Below, in pieces: positions 26,896 through 36,608 of a stretch of 64,000 nucleotides of DNA. Below the pieces are notes generated by a model. The model was not told where the DNA came from, did not search any database, and was given only the letters and a program-made list of their open reading frames with translations. Position 1 is the first letter of the stretch; every line of letters begins with the position of its first letter. Both the position numbers and the translations under genes were made by a program. The stretch covers positions 2,048,001 to 2,112,000 of the forward strand of contig CAWKDB010000010.1 of assembly GCA_963848295.1 (NCBI GenBank). The letters run 5' to 3'. Origin of the DNA: an uncultured delta proteobacterium. Its GTDB lineage: Bacteria; Myxococcota_A; Polyangia; Haliangiales; Haliangiaceae.

Positions 26896-27855
26896 GTGGC
26901 CACATGGACCGTCGATCAAACGGCGCCGCCATTCCGCGACGCTGACTCCGGTAGTCAGGCGCCCGGAGTCGACGGTCGTGGACTGACGGTCGCGGCGTTC
27001 GTCAAAGCGCGCGCCGAGGTCGCGTGGTCGGTCGCGAAGCGCCACGTCACGACCGGCAAGGTGTTCGTCAACGGCGCGCGCGTCGTCGAGGTCGACCACC
27101 GGCTCGCGGTCGGCGACGAAGTCGAGCTGCGGATGGCCGCCCCGCGCCCGCACGATCCCGAGCGCGAAGGCGTGTTGGTCTACGACGATCCGCACGTCGT
27201 CGTCATCGACAAGCCGGCCGGCGTGAACAGCGTGCCGTACGAAGAGCGCGAGGGCGGCACCGCGATGGACTTGATCCGCGGCGCGTGGCGGCGTCAGGGC
27301 AAGGCGGCGACGAACGTCGCCTTGCACGTCGTCCATCGCATCGATCGCGCGACCTCCGGCCTGTTGATGTTCGCGAAGTCCAAGCGCGCCGAGCTCGGCC
27401 TCGCGGCGCAGTTGCGCGCGCACGCGATGGAGCGGGTCTACGTTTGCGTCGCGCACGGCGTCGTAAGCGCGCAGACGATCGAGTCGCAGCTCGTCGCGGA
27501 CCGCGGCGACGGCCTGCGGGGCTCGACGACCCACAAGGATCAGGGCAAGCGCGCGGTCACTCACATCGCGATTCGCCAAGCGCTGCGCGGAGCGACCGAA
27601 TGCGAGGTCCGGCTCGAGACCGGCAAGACTCATCAGATCCGGATCCACTTCGCGGAGTCGGGCCATCCGCTCGTCGGCGAGCCGGTCTACATCCGCGACT
27701 ACACCGGCTCGGTGTTGACGTCGGGCCGGCTGATGCTGCACGCGGCGACGCTCGGCTTCGAACATCCGGTCACCGGCGATCGCATCGCGCTCGCCTCGCC
27801 GCTGCCTCCCGACTTTGTCGCGGTCGTCACCCGACTGCTACCATCGCCGCCATGA
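26896..27855 (+). CDS. RluA/RluD-family pseudouridine synthase with S4-like domain
   Basis: DKPAG, HRIDRATSG, TGKTHQIRIH, LHAATLGF. Confidence 0.92.
   Translation: MATWTVDQTAPPFRDADSGSQAPGVDGRGLTVAAFVKARAEVAWSVAKRHVTTGKVFVNGARVVEVDHRLAVGDEVELRMAAPRPHDPEREGVLVYDDPHVVVIDKPAGVNSVPYEEREGGTAMDLIRGAWRRQGKAATNVALHVVHRIDRATSGLLMFAKSKRAELGLAAQLRAHAMERVYVCVAHGVVSAQTIESQLVADRGDGLRGSTTHKDQGKRAVTHIAIRQALRGATECEVRLETGKTHQIRIHFAESGHPLVGEPVYIRDYTGSVLTSGRLMLHAATLGFEHPVTGDRIALASPLPPDFVAVVTRLLPSPP
26911..26973 (+). repeat. Double-hairpin intragenic palindromic element (in frame in the RluA-family gene)
   Basis: 41/63 ungapped identity to the kinase unit (hand count); gactccgg/ccggagtc stem; bounded by gtcga...gtcga. 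Confidence 0.75.
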
Positions 27856-28376
27856 TCGCCTCGATTCGACTCGCGCGCGCGACCGACGTGCCGACGATCC
27901 TGCGCTTCATCCGCGCGCTCGCCGAGTACGAGAAGCTGTCGCACGAGGTCGTCGCCGACGAACCGGCGCTGCACGCGACGTTGTTCGGCGCTCGCCCCGC
28001 GGCCGAAGTCTTGATCGCCGAGCTCGATCACACCGCGCCGCCCCTCGGCAGCGTCGCCGCCGGGGGCCACGTGCCGGTCGGCTTCGCGCTGTTCTTCACG
28101 AGCTACTCGACGTTTCTCGGCAAGCCCGGCCTGTATCTCGAGGATCTGTTCGTGCTGCCCGAGGCGCGGTCGCGCGGCGTCGGCGGTGCCCTGATGGCGG
28201 CGTGCGCGAAGCTCGCGATCGAGCGCGGCTACGGCCGCTTCGAATGGTCCGTGCTCGACTGGAACGAGCCTGCGTTGAAGTTCTATCGCGCGCTCGGCGC
28301 GACGCCGCTCGGCGAGTGGACCGTACAACGGCTCGTCGGCGAGCCGCTCGCCGCGCTGGCCGCGAAGGCGACGTGA
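27852..28376 (+). CDS. GNAT family N-acetyltransferase (spermidine acetyltransferase-like)
   Basis: IRALAEYEKL, STFLGKPGLYLEDLFV, WSVLDWNEPA. Confidence 0.92.
   Translation: MIASIRLARATDVPTILRFIRALAEYEKLSHEVVADEPALHATLFGARPAAEVLIAELDHTAPPLGSVAAGGHVPVGFALFFTSYSTFLGKPGLYLEDLFVLPEARSRGVGGALMAACAKLAIERGYGRFEWSVLDWNEPALKFYRALGATPLGEWTVQRLVGEPLAALAAKAT
28023..28076 (+). repeat. Double-hairpin intragenic palindromic element (in frame in the GNAT gene)
   Basis: 34/54 identity to the kinase unit (hand count); peptide LDHTAPPLGSVAAGGHVP sits in a normally short beta-turn. Confidence 0.65.
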
Positions 28377-28402
28377 TCGCTTGCCCCCGATCGCGACGTC
28401 GC

Positions 28403-28819
28403 TCACGCCGAGGTGTGTGGTAGCGCGTAGGTCACGGTCGCGTGCGCGACGAGATCGTCGCCGGAGAATAGGTCGACTTTGCAGAACGCGAGCCGTCGGC
28501 CCATCCGCATCAGCGTCGCGGTCGCGACGATATCGGCGGGCTTGGGTCGCGACAGAAGCGCGATGTCGAGGTTCGCGGTCGCGGCGCTCAGCGCCGAGGC
28601 GCCGGCGTGCGCGAGGATCAGGAAGTACGACGACGTGTCCGCGAGCGTCATCAGCGCCGGGCCCGAGATCGTGCCGCCGCCGCGCAGGAGCTCTTTGCGG
28701 ATCGGCATACGCACCGTGAGCTCCCGCTCGGTGATCGTTTCGATCGCCGCGAACGTGCGCGCGTCGGGGAAGTAGCTCGTGAGTAAGCCATAGATCTCGT
28801 CGGCGGTCAGGCGCGGCAT
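28403..28819 (-). CDS. PaaI family thioesterase
   Basis: LRGGGTISGPALMTLAD hotdog motif. Confidence 0.88.
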   Translation of the reverse strand: MPRLTADEIYGLLTSYFPDARTFAAIETITERELTVRMPIRKELLRGGGTISGPALMTLADTSSYFLILAHAGASALSAATANLDIALLSRPKPADIVATATLMRMGRRLAFCKVDLFSGDDLVAHATVTYALPHTSA

Positions 28820-28873
28820 GGCGATGAGCTTCGCACGCTTGCCCGCGCCGGTGCCGGCTGCTAATGGTGCAGC

Positions 28874-29266
28874 GTGCCCGCAACCCCGTTCGAGCTCGTC
28901 GGTGGCGCCGACCGGGTGCGCTCACTGGTCGAACGGTTCTACGACGTGATGGCCGAGCGCGAGCCAGCGCTCGCCAGGTTGCACGTGTGCACCGCCGACG
29001 GCCGAGTCGACCGCGGCTCGCGCGATCGGTTCGCGCTGTTCCTGATCGGCTGGCTCGGCGGGCCGGATGACTACGTCGCGCAACACGGGCATCCGCGGCT
29101 CCGCATGCGCCACAACCGCGTCTCGGTCGACGTCGCGATGCGCGATGCGTGGCTGCGCTGCATGCAAGCTGCACTCGACGCCGAGCACATCGCCGGCGAC
29201 GTGCGCACGTTTCTCGACGGCCGGTTCGCCGAAGTCGCCGACTTCATGCGCAACGTCGAGGGTTAA
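28874..29266 (+). CDS. Group II truncated hemoglobin (GlbO-like)
   Basis: LVERFYD, WLGGP, HGHPRLRMRH, RDAWLRCM. Confidence 0.92.
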   Translation: MPATPFELVGGADRVRSLVERFYDVMAEREPALARLHVCTADGRVDRGSRDRFALFLIGWLGGPDDYVAQHGHPRLRMRHNRVSVDVAMRDAWLRCMQAALDAEHIAGDVRTFLDGRFAEVADFMRNVEG

Positions 29267-32200
29267 CTCTCGGCGACGATCACCTCGCTGCGCCCGCCAC
29301 CGCGCGGCGACACGCGGACATGCGCGCCGACTCGCTCGAGCAGCGCCGGGACGTGCGAGATGACGCCGACCTGGCGACCGGTCGCCTGCAGCGCATCGAG
29401 CACCGACAGCGCGGCCTCGAGCGTCGCCGGATCGAGGGTGCCGAAGCCCTCGTCGATCAACAGCGTGCGGACGCGAACATCCTGCGCCGACATCGACGAC
29501 AGCCCGAGCGCGAGCGCGAGCGAGACGAGGAAGCTCTCGCCACCAGATAGCGACTGGACCGAGCGAATCTCGCCGCCGAGATCGCGGTCGATGATCTGGA
29601 GCTCGAGATCGTGACGCGGCACGCGCTCGAGCTGAAAGCGCGGCGCGAGCTCCTCGAGGTGCGCGTTCGCGACGGCGAGCAAGCCGTCGAGCGTGAGGCT
29701 CTGGGCGAAGCTGCGGAACAGCTTGCCGTCGTGAGAGCCGATCACCTGGCCGAGCGATCGGTCGACCTCGGCGGCGCGCTCTGCCGCTTCGACCGCAGCG
29801 AGCGCCGCGGCGCGACGTTCGCGAGCCCCGGCATCGGCGGCGAGTGACGCGGCGAGCTCGGCTGCCTGTTGCTCGAGCTTGGCGAGCTGGTCGGCCAGCG
29901 CCGCGACCTGACCGGCGGTCTCGATGGCCGGCGGTCGTAACGCTTCGTGAGCGGCGGCGTGGGCCCGGCGCTCGCCGACGATCGCTCTGGCGTGATCGGC
30001 GACGCGGTCGAGCGCGGCGAGTCGTTCGGCGAGCTCGTCGACCCGGGAGAGGGAGCCGGCGAGGGCATCGCGTAGCTCGTCGCTGGTGAACCCGGCGGCG
30101 GCGCGCGCCTCGTCGAGGGCGGCGGTCGCGATCGCGCGCTGGTCGGCGAGCTCGATCGCGCGCCGCTCGGCTTCGCTGCGGCGGGCTGCGAGCTCGGCGT
30201 CGGTGCGCTCGCCCTCGCGTGCGAGTCGATCGGCGTCGGCGACTCCGGCCGCGAGGGCCGCATCGAGCTCGACAATCGACGCGACTCGCTCTGCCCATTC
30301 GGAGGCGAGCTCGCTCGCGGCGCGGCGCGCTCGATCGAGCGCTACTGCGAGCCCGTCGTGCGAGGTCGTCGACAACGCCCTCGCGGCGGACCGAAACAGC
30401 GCGCTGCGATCGTCCTTCGCCGCGGCGACGGCCCACTCGGCGAAAGCCGCGGCGACCTCGGCGTGGAGCTCGCGCCGGCGCTCGAGCTTGCCGGTGCGCT
30501 CGCCGCGGAGTCGTTCGATCGCGGCGGCGTTCGCGGCGATCTCGTGGTCGACATCGCGCACCGCGGTCGCGTGCAGCTCGGCATCGGCCTGGCAGGTCTG
30601 AACGTGCGCGACCGCTTCGCCGGCCGCCTTGACCGCTGCCTCGGCGTGGCTGCGCGCCGCGCGCGCGGCGTCGAGCGTCGCCTTGGCCGCCGCGGCCCGC
30701 TCGACCGCGAGCTCTCGCGCATCGATCCCGGCCGGCTCGCCGACGAGCAGCAGCTCGCCGAGCGCTCCGAGCTGGCCGCGCCACGCCGTGGTCGCTGCCG
30801 TGGCGGTCGCGGCGACGGTCGCGAGACACGAGTCGAGCCGAGCTCTCTCGGCTGCGCGTTGCCCGCTGCGCGCGGCGAGCTGCGCGAGCTCGCCGATCGC
30901 GGCATCGAACGTGTGTCCGCACGCCGCGAGCTGCACCTCGGCGTCGGCGATCAACTCGTCGAACGCGCCGCGCCCATACCACGGGTGCTCGACCGCACCA
31001 CACAGCGGGCACGGGTCGCCTTCGACGAGCTCGGCCCGCGCGTGCTCGTACCCGGCCACTCGCCGGAGCTCGGCGACGATGCGCTCGCGCTCGCTGCGAA
31101 CCGCGGCGGCGGTGGCCTTCGCGGATTCGGCGATGTGGCGCTGCGCGCTGTCTTCGGCGTTTGCCGCGGCAAGCTCGCCGAGCTGGCGATCGAGCTCGCC
31201 GCGCGCGACCGCGGCATCGTGGGCCTGCGCCGCGATCGCCAGGAGCTTGTCGACCTCGACACACCTCGCGCGCGCCTCGTCTTCTTGCCGCCGAGCGGCC
31301 TCGAACGACAGGCCACGGCGATCGGCGAACCGCGCCGCTTCGATCTTCGCGGTCTCGAGCCCGGCCATCGCCGCCTGCTGCGCGACGACGCGCTCCTTGC
31401 GCCGGTCCCCGAGTGCGACGCGCTTCGCTTCGACCTCGGCGAGCGCACGATCCGCCGTCGCGAGCTCGCTATCGAGCGCGCTCGCCGCCGCGACCTTCGC
31501 GTCGCTATCGCGCCAACCCGCGACCTGGGCCGCCAGCGCCGAGCGCGCGACGAGCCAGTCGGCATCTGCCGCCGCGCGCGCCGCGCGTGCTTCGCCGTCG
31601 GCGAGCGGCCGTGCACGACCTTCGGCAACGCCCGCCGCGATCCGGGCGGCGGTGAGCGGCTCGCGCAACGCGATCAACCGCTCGCGCGTCGAGGCGATCT
31701 CGCGTGCCCGCGCGCCAGCCATGGTCGCCGCCTCGGTCGCCGCCGCGAGCTCGCCGCGCGCCGCTCCGAGCTGGCGATCCGCGCGCGCGACGTCATCCCA
31801 GCTCGTCCGCAATGCCTCGGCGCGCCGGCGGACCGCGAGCTCGCGGCGTTCACCCTCGGCCGCCGCGACCGCCGTCTGCGCGGCATCCACTGCCGCTCGG
31901 GCTCGTTCGATCTGGAGCGACCGCGCGCCGGCCTCGGCAAGCCAGCGCACCGCCGCTTCGGCGGCCGCGTGCGCGCCGCGTGCCGCCGCTTTCGCCGCTC
32001 GCGCGCCGCCGAGTGCGAGCTCCATCGCCGCGCGGCTCGGGTCGTCGAGCACGGCGATCGCGAGCGCGGTCGCGCGCGCATCGCGCACGAGCTGTTCGGC
32101 GAGCGTGGCGCGTTCGTGCGCGGCGATCGACAGCCGCGAGTAGATCTCGGTACCTGTCATCCGTTCGAGCAGCTCGCTGCGGTCTCTGCCGTCGGCGCGC

Positions 32201-32736
32201 AAGAATGCCGCGAACTCGCCTTGCGCGAGCAGCGCGCTGCGCCGGAACTGATCGAACGACAATCCCAGGCGCTCGTGGATCGCCTTGAGCGTCTCGGTCT
32301 TCGTGCCGCCGAGCCGCTCGCCGTCGGCGATCGCGGTGAGCGTGACCTGCTGGTCTTGCAGCGTGCCGTCGCTCGCGTTGCGCGCGCGCCGCACCGACCA
32401 CCGCGCGCGATAGCGACGCGCATCGCCGCTCTCGAAGTCGACCTCGGCCCAGCCGGAGGTCGCACCGCGCCGCAGGATCGTCCGCACGTCTTGGGCACCG
32501 AGCGCGCTCGGATCGTCCGGATCGCGGCCGACCACGACCGTGCTGCGATTCGTCAGCCGCGGCGTGCGATCGAACAGCGCGACGCACATCGCATCGAGCA
32601 GCGTGCTCTTGCCCGCGCCGGTCGGCCCGACGATCGCGAACACGCCCGCGCCGCCGAGCGCGCCGGTCGCGAGGTCGATCTCGAACTCGCCGGCGAGGCT
32701 CGCCAGGTTGCAGCCGCGGATCGCGAGGATCTTCAC
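29263..32736 (-). CDS. sbcC: SbcC exonuclease ATPase subunit
   Basis: GPTGAGKS, Zn hook CPLCG, LSGGE, LLIDEGFGTLD, ISH. Confidence 0.95.
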   Translation of the reverse strand: MKILAIRGCNLASLAGEFEIDLATGALGGAGVFAIVGPTGAGKSTLLDAMCVALFDRTPRLTNRSTVVVGRDPDDPSALGAQDVRTILRRGATSGWAEVDFESGDARRYRARWSVRRARNASDGTLQDQQVTLTAIADGERLGGTKTETLKAIHERLGLSFDQFRRSALLAQGEFAAFLRADGRDRSELLERMTGTEIYSRLSIAAHERATLAEQLVRDARATALAIAVLDDPSRAAMELALGGARAAKAAARGAHAAAEAAVRWLAEAGARSLQIERARAAVDAAQTAVAAAEGERRELAVRRRAEALRTSWDDVARADRQLGAARGELAAATEAATMAGARAREIASTRERLIALREPLTAARIAAGVAEGRARPLADGEARAARAAADADWLVARSALAAQVAGWRDSDAKVAAASALDSELATADRALAEVEAKRVALGDRRKERVVAQQAAMAGLETAKIEAARFADRRGLSFEAARRQEDEARARCVEVDKLLAIAAQAHDAAVARGELDRQLGELAAANAEDSAQRHIAESAKATAAAVRSERERIVAELRRVAGYEHARAELVEGDPCPLCGAVEHPWYGRGAFDELIADAEVQLAACGHTFDAAIGELAQLAARSGQRAAERARLDSCLATVAATATAATTAWRGQLGALGELLLVGEPAGIDARELAVERAAAAKATLDAARAARSHAEAAVKAAGEAVAHVQTCQADAELHATAVRDVDHEIAANAAAIERLRGERTGKLERRRELHAEVAAAFAEWAVAAAKDDRSALFRSAARALSTTSHDGLAVALDRARRAASELASEWAERVASIVELDAALAAGVADADRLAREGERTDAELAARRSEAERRAIELADQRAIATAALDEARAAAGFTSDELRDALAGSLSRVDELAERLAALDRVADHARAIVGERRAHAAAHEALRPPAIETAGQVAALADQLAKLEQQAAELAASLAADAGARERRAAALAAVEAAERAAEVDRSLGQVIGSHDGKLFRSFAQSLTLDGLLAVANAHLEELAPRFQLERVPRHDLELQIIDRDLGGEIRSVQSLSGGESFLVSLALALGLSSMSAQDVRVRTLLIDEGFGTLDPATLEAALSVLDALQATGRQVGVISHVPALLERVGAHVRVSPRGGGRSEVIVAES

Positions 32737-34007
32737 GACATCTCCGCGAGGTCGACGACATCGCCGCGGACGTAGCCGAGCAAGCGATCGAACGCGCCGA
32801 GCATGCTCGCGCTCGGTGGCTCGACGTGACTGCGCGTCCAGATCCGGGTGAATACTTCGCGCGGATCGAGCTCGGCGAGCTTCTGGACCGCGATCCGGTC
32901 AGCGAGCGCGGCGCCATCGCCGGTGACCTCGACGCCGAGCCTGACGAGGCGCGCGTGCTTGCGGTCGAGCGCCGCTTCGATCGCGGTACGCAGGCGCGGC
33001 TCCGGCCGATCGAGCGCGACCACGATCTCCAGGTACGGTCGCGGCCCCTCGCTCGCAGCCGGCAGCGCTGCGATCTCGGCGAGCACCTCGGCGAGCGGCG
33101 CGGCGCCGCGCTTCGGGATCCGCGCGATCCCGACCGTCTGCGGGACCGCGACCGAGCGCAGCTCCGCGACCTTGCCGTCGCCGTCGAAGTCGACCACGAC
33201 GACCTGATGTTTGTAGCTCGCCTCGTCGAGCGCGAGCGCGATCGGAGCCCCCGCGTAGCGCACGGTGTCGCGACCTACTCGCTGCGCGCGATGCATGTGG
33301 CCGAGCGCGACGTAGTCGATGTCCTTCGGGAACAACCGCACCGACGCGGCTTCGACCCCGCCGATCGACACCCGCCGTTCACTCGCCGAGATCTCCGCGC
33401 CCGCGACATAGAGATGGCCGAGCCCGATCACCGCCTGGCCCGGCCGGCGCCTCGCGCGTGCGGCCTCGAACACCTCGCCGTAGATCGCCGCGAGTGGATC
33501 GGGGCAATCCGCGGGCACATCGCTGGCCGGGGCCTGTGCCCGGCCAGCAGCACTGCCGAATGGCAGTGCGGGTAGATCGACGGGCCGTAAGAACGGCACC
33601 GCCGCGACCAAGCCGCGACCGGCCGCGACCGGCACGAGGATGCGGTCGAGATCGAGCGCGCCGCCCGCCCCGCGCGGCAGCCCGCCGATGACGTGAACGC
33701 CGAGCTCGCGCAGCACCGCCGAGGCCGCGCCGAGCCGCGCCGGCGAATCGTGATTGCCCGCGATCGCAACGATGTCGACCGCCGGCAACGTGCGGCGCGC
33801 CGACGCGAGAAAATCGAACCACATCCGCTCCGCACTCGCCGGCGGCGTGCCGCTATCGAACACGTCGCCGGTGATCACGACGACATCGGGCAGCTCGCGC
33901 GCGCAGGTCTCGAGCAACCACGCGAGAAACGCGGCGTGCTCGTGCTCGCGAGTGACGTCCTTGAGCGTGTGCCCGAGGTGCCAATCCGATGTGTGAAGGA
34001 GCCGCAT
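32733..34007 (-). CDS. sbcD: SbcD nuclease subunit
   Basis: HTSDWHLG, GDVFD, GNHDS, YVALGHMH. Confidence 0.95.
   Translation of the reverse strand: MRLLHTSDWHLGHTLKDVTREHEHAAFLAWLLETCARELPDVVVITGDVFDSGTPPASAERMWFDFLASARRTLPAVDIVAIAGNHDSPARLGAASAVLRELGVHVIGGLPRGAGGALDLDRILVPVAAGRGLVAAVPFLRPVDLPALPFGSAAGRAQAPASDVPADCPDPLAAIYGEVFEAARARRRPGQAVIGLGHLYVAGAEISASERRVSIGGVEAASVRLFPKDIDYVALGHMHRAQRVGRDTVRYAGAPIALALDEASYKHQVVVVDFDGDGKVAELRSVAVPQTVGIARIPKRGAAPLAEVLAEIAALPAASEGPRPYLEIVVALDRPEPRLRTAIEAALDRKHARLVRLGVEVTGDGAALADRIAVQKLAELDPREVFTRIWTRSHVEPPSASMLGAFDRLLGYVRGDVVDLAEMS
33519..33581 (-). repeat. Double-hairpin intragenic palindromic element (in frame in sbcD)
   Basis: 44/63 identity to the kinase unit (hand count); perfect stems gcactgcc/ggcagtgc and gctggccggg/cccggccagc with compensatory changes. 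Confidence 0.85.
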
Positions 34008-34068
34008 CCGTGCGAAGACGTTCGCATCGCGGTCTGACACTGAACAGACGTAGCGGTAAGCTCGCCGG

Positions 34069-34767
34069 ATGACGACGGATCGTCGAGTCATCGTGTTCCG
34101 CACCCGGCTGCGCCCCGGCGCCGATCCCGACTACGGGCCACACGCCGAGCGAATGTGGCGGCTCGCCTCGAGCCTGCCCGGCTATGTGTCGGCGACCGAC
34201 TTCGTCGCCGGCGATGGCGAGCGCCTCGCGCTGATCGAATGGGACTCGCCGGGAAATCTCGCGATCTGGCGCGACCACGTCGATCACCTCGCCGCACAGA
34301 GCGACGGTCGCGCGAAGTACTACGCGCGCTACTCGCTACAAGTGTGCAGCGAGCTCAAGGTCTCGCGGTTCGACGCCGCTACCGGCGAGCACACCCAGAG
34401 CAATCGCGATCCCTCCGTGCTGCGCGGGATCGCCGAGCGCTGGCTGCGCGCGTTCGAACAGCGCGAGCTCGATGCGCTACTCGCGCTCTATGCCGACACC
34501 GCCACGCACACGTCGCCAAAGATCCGCGCGCGCCATCCCGAGACCGGCGGCCTCTTACGCGGCAAAGCCGCGATGCGCGCGTGGTGGCAAGACGCCTTCG
34601 ATCGTCTGCCGTCGATGCGCTACGAGCAACCGGTCATCACCGCGGACGACCGCCGCGCGTACATGGAATACGTCCGCAAGGTCGCGGGCGAGCCCGACCT
34701 GCCGGTCGCCGAGGTCCTCGACATCGAGGGCGGCAAGATCGTCGCGAGTCGCGTGTTCCATGGCTAG
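34069..34767 (+). CDS. ABM (antibiotic biosynthesis monooxygenase)-like domain fused to a SnoaL/NTF2-like domain
   Basis: N-terminal PGYVS...WRDHVDHLAAQSDGRAKYY; C-terminal LLALYAD..HTSPK...SRVFHG. Confidence 0.8.
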   Translation: MTTDRRVIVFRTRLRPGADPDYGPHAERMWRLASSLPGYVSATDFVAGDGERLALIEWDSPGNLAIWRDHVDHLAAQSDGRAKYYARYSLQVCSELKVSRFDAATGEHTQSNRDPSVLRGIAERWLRAFEQRELDALLALYADTATHTSPKIRARHPETGGLLRGKAAMRAWWQDAFDRLPSMRYEQPVITADDRRAYMEYVRKVAGEPDLPVAEVLDIEGGKIVASRVFHG

Positions 34768-34769
34768 CG

Positions 34770-35612
34770 CTACGGCAACAGCTCGACGACGTGCTCGGCG
34801 ACGCGCGCGGGGTCGGTGATGATCTCGACGTCGGCGATCCGGCCGCCGTCGAGGGCGATCCGCAGCAGCCGTTTCACGACGCCATGCGGCGCGAGCGCCA
34901 AGCCGGGCTCGCCATCGATCAGCACCGCGCACACCGCGCCGGCCATGCGCGAGAACTCGATCGCGCCCTTCGCCCACTGGATGGCACCGCGGATCTCGGG
35001 CGCGCCGGTGTCGATGCGCACGGTGACGTCCGGATCGAGCACGGCGACGAGGGCCTCGAAGTCGCGGCCGCGCATGGCGGCGAGAAACGCGTCGACGACA
35101 CCGCGCTGACGCGCGAGCTCGGCTTCAGGCACTGGCGGCCCACCTTGGACTCGGCGACGCGCGCGACTCGCGAGCTGGCGCGCCGCGACCGGACTGCGGC
35201 CGACGACCGCGGCGATCTCGTCGAACGCCATCCCGAACATGTCGTGCAGCACGAACGCGAGCCGCTCCGCCGGTTCGAGCTTCTCGAGCACGACGAGGAC
35301 GGCGAGGCTGACCGACTCGCCGAGTACGGCGGCCTGATCGGCGCCGGCTGCGATCGGCTCCGGCGCGCGATGATCGAGGCCCTCTTCTCGCCGGGCCTTG
35401 CGCGACCGCAGCATGTCGAGGCAAACGCGGGCCACGATCGTCGTCAGCCAGCCGCGCAGGTTCTCGACCTCGCTCGTCTCGGCGCGACTGGCGCGCAACC
35501 ACGCCTCCTGCGTCGCGTCGTCGGCGTCGGCGAGCGAGCCGAGCATGCGATACGCGACCGCACGCAGGTGGGCGCGGTGGAGCTCGAACGAATCGGTCAG
35601 CGTTTCGGTCAC
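34770..35612 (-). CDS. ECF sigma-70 factor with SnoaL-like C-terminal extension (ECF41-like)
   Basis: AYRMLGSLADADDATQEAWLR, ERLAFVLHDMFG, RQLASRARRRV, LLDPD-like VLDPDV. Confidence 0.9.
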   Translation of the reverse strand: MTETLTDSFELHRAHLRAVAYRMLGSLADADDATQEAWLRASRAETSEVENLRGWLTTIVARVCLDMLRSRKARREEGLDHRAPEPIAAGADQAAVLGESVSLAVLVVLEKLEPAERLAFVLHDMFGMAFDEIAAVVGRSPVAARQLASRARRRVQGGPPVPEAELARQRGVVDAFLAAMRGRDFEALVAVLDPDVTVRIDTGAPEIRGAIQWAKGAIEFSRMAGAVCAVLIDGEPGLALAPHGVVKRLLRIALDGGRIADVEIITDPARVAEHVVELLP

Positions 35613-35647
35613 GGTGGCATCCTTTGCCCGGTAATCGTCAAAGCACT

Positions 35648-35674
35648 GACGAGCCAACCCCGGCACATGTGACC
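35648..35674 (-). promoter_or_regulatory. ECF41-type promoter upstream of the ECF gene (probable autoregulation)
   Basis: Minus strand GGTCACA-N16-CGTC versus the ECF41 consensus TGTCACA-N16-CGTC as recalled. Confidence 0.65.
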
Positions 35675-35804
35675 GGGAAACGACTATTTCCACCCCGCCG
35701 CGGCGGGGTCGTAGAAGAAGTGGTTGCCGGTGACGACGGCGGTGATCAAGTCCTCGACGCGGGCTCGGGTCGGCATGACGGGAGCATACGTGTAGGATTC
35801 GCGC

Positions 35805-36605
35805 GTGGTCGACCTCGATCGTTACTTCCGCCGGATTGGCTATCACGGCGCGCACGAGCCGACGCTCGCGACGTTGCACGCGATCTGCGCCGCGCACGTC
35901 CTCACCATTCCGTTCGAGAACCTCGACGTCCTGCTCGACCGCGGCATCAGCCTCGATCCGGACGCGGTCGACGCGAAACTGATCGCGGGCGGGCGCGGGG
36001 GTTATTGTTTCGAGCACAATACGCTGCTGCTGCGCGTGCTCGAGACGCTCGGCTACGACGTCCAACCGATCAGCGCGCGCGTTCGCATCGGCCGGCCGCG
36101 CGACTACACGCCGGCGCGCACGCACGTGTTCCTGCGCGTCGAGCTCGCGGGCGAGAGCTGGCTCGCCGACGTCGGGGTCGGTGCGTTATCGCCGACGTGC
36201 GCGTTGCGGCTCGAGACTAGCGAGGAGCAGGCGACGCCGCACGAGCCGCGCCGGATCGTGCGCGAAGGCGCGTTGCTGTTCCATCAAGTGCGCTTCGCCG
36301 ACACCTGGAACGACATTTGCGAGTTCACGCTCGAGCACATGCCGCCGATCGATCGCGAGGTCGGCAACTGGTACACGAGCCAACATCCACAATCGCATTT
36401 TCGTAGCCGGCTCGTCGTCGCGCGCGGGCTGCCGGATGGCGGGCGCGCCTCGATCCTCAACCGCGAGCTCACGCTGCGCGGGCGCGATGGCATCGCCGAC
36501 ACGCGCGTGCTCGCGTCGCCGGCGGAGCTCCTCGACGTGCTCGCGGCGCGCTTCGATCTGCATTTTCCAGTCGGCACCGGGTTCAACTGCCCGGCGCTCT
36601 GGTAG
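35805..36605 (+). CDS. Arylamine N-acetyltransferase
   Basis: IPFENLD, RGGYCFE, RTH, ADVG catalytic triad motifs. Confidence 0.95.
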   Translation: MVDLDRYFRRIGYHGAHEPTLATLHAICAAHVLTIPFENLDVLLDRGISLDPDAVDAKLIAGGRGGYCFEHNTLLLRVLETLGYDVQPISARVRIGRPRDYTPARTHVFLRVELAGESWLADVGVGALSPTCALRLETSEEQATPHEPRRIVREGALLFHQVRFADTWNDICEFTLEHMPPIDREVGNWYTSQHPQSHFRSRLVVARGLPDGGRASILNRELTLRGRDGIADTRVLASPAELLDVLAARFDLHFPVGTGFNCPALW

Positions 36606-36608
36606 CCG

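Noticed and set aside
31588..31628. Possible antisense element copy in sbcC (ADGEA)
   Set aside because: Only stem 1 is similar, so support is insufficient
29263..34007. sbcCD as a Wadjet/Lamassu-type SMC defence system
   Set aside because: Canonical sbcD-sbcC pair with a Zn hook and no accessory effector genes
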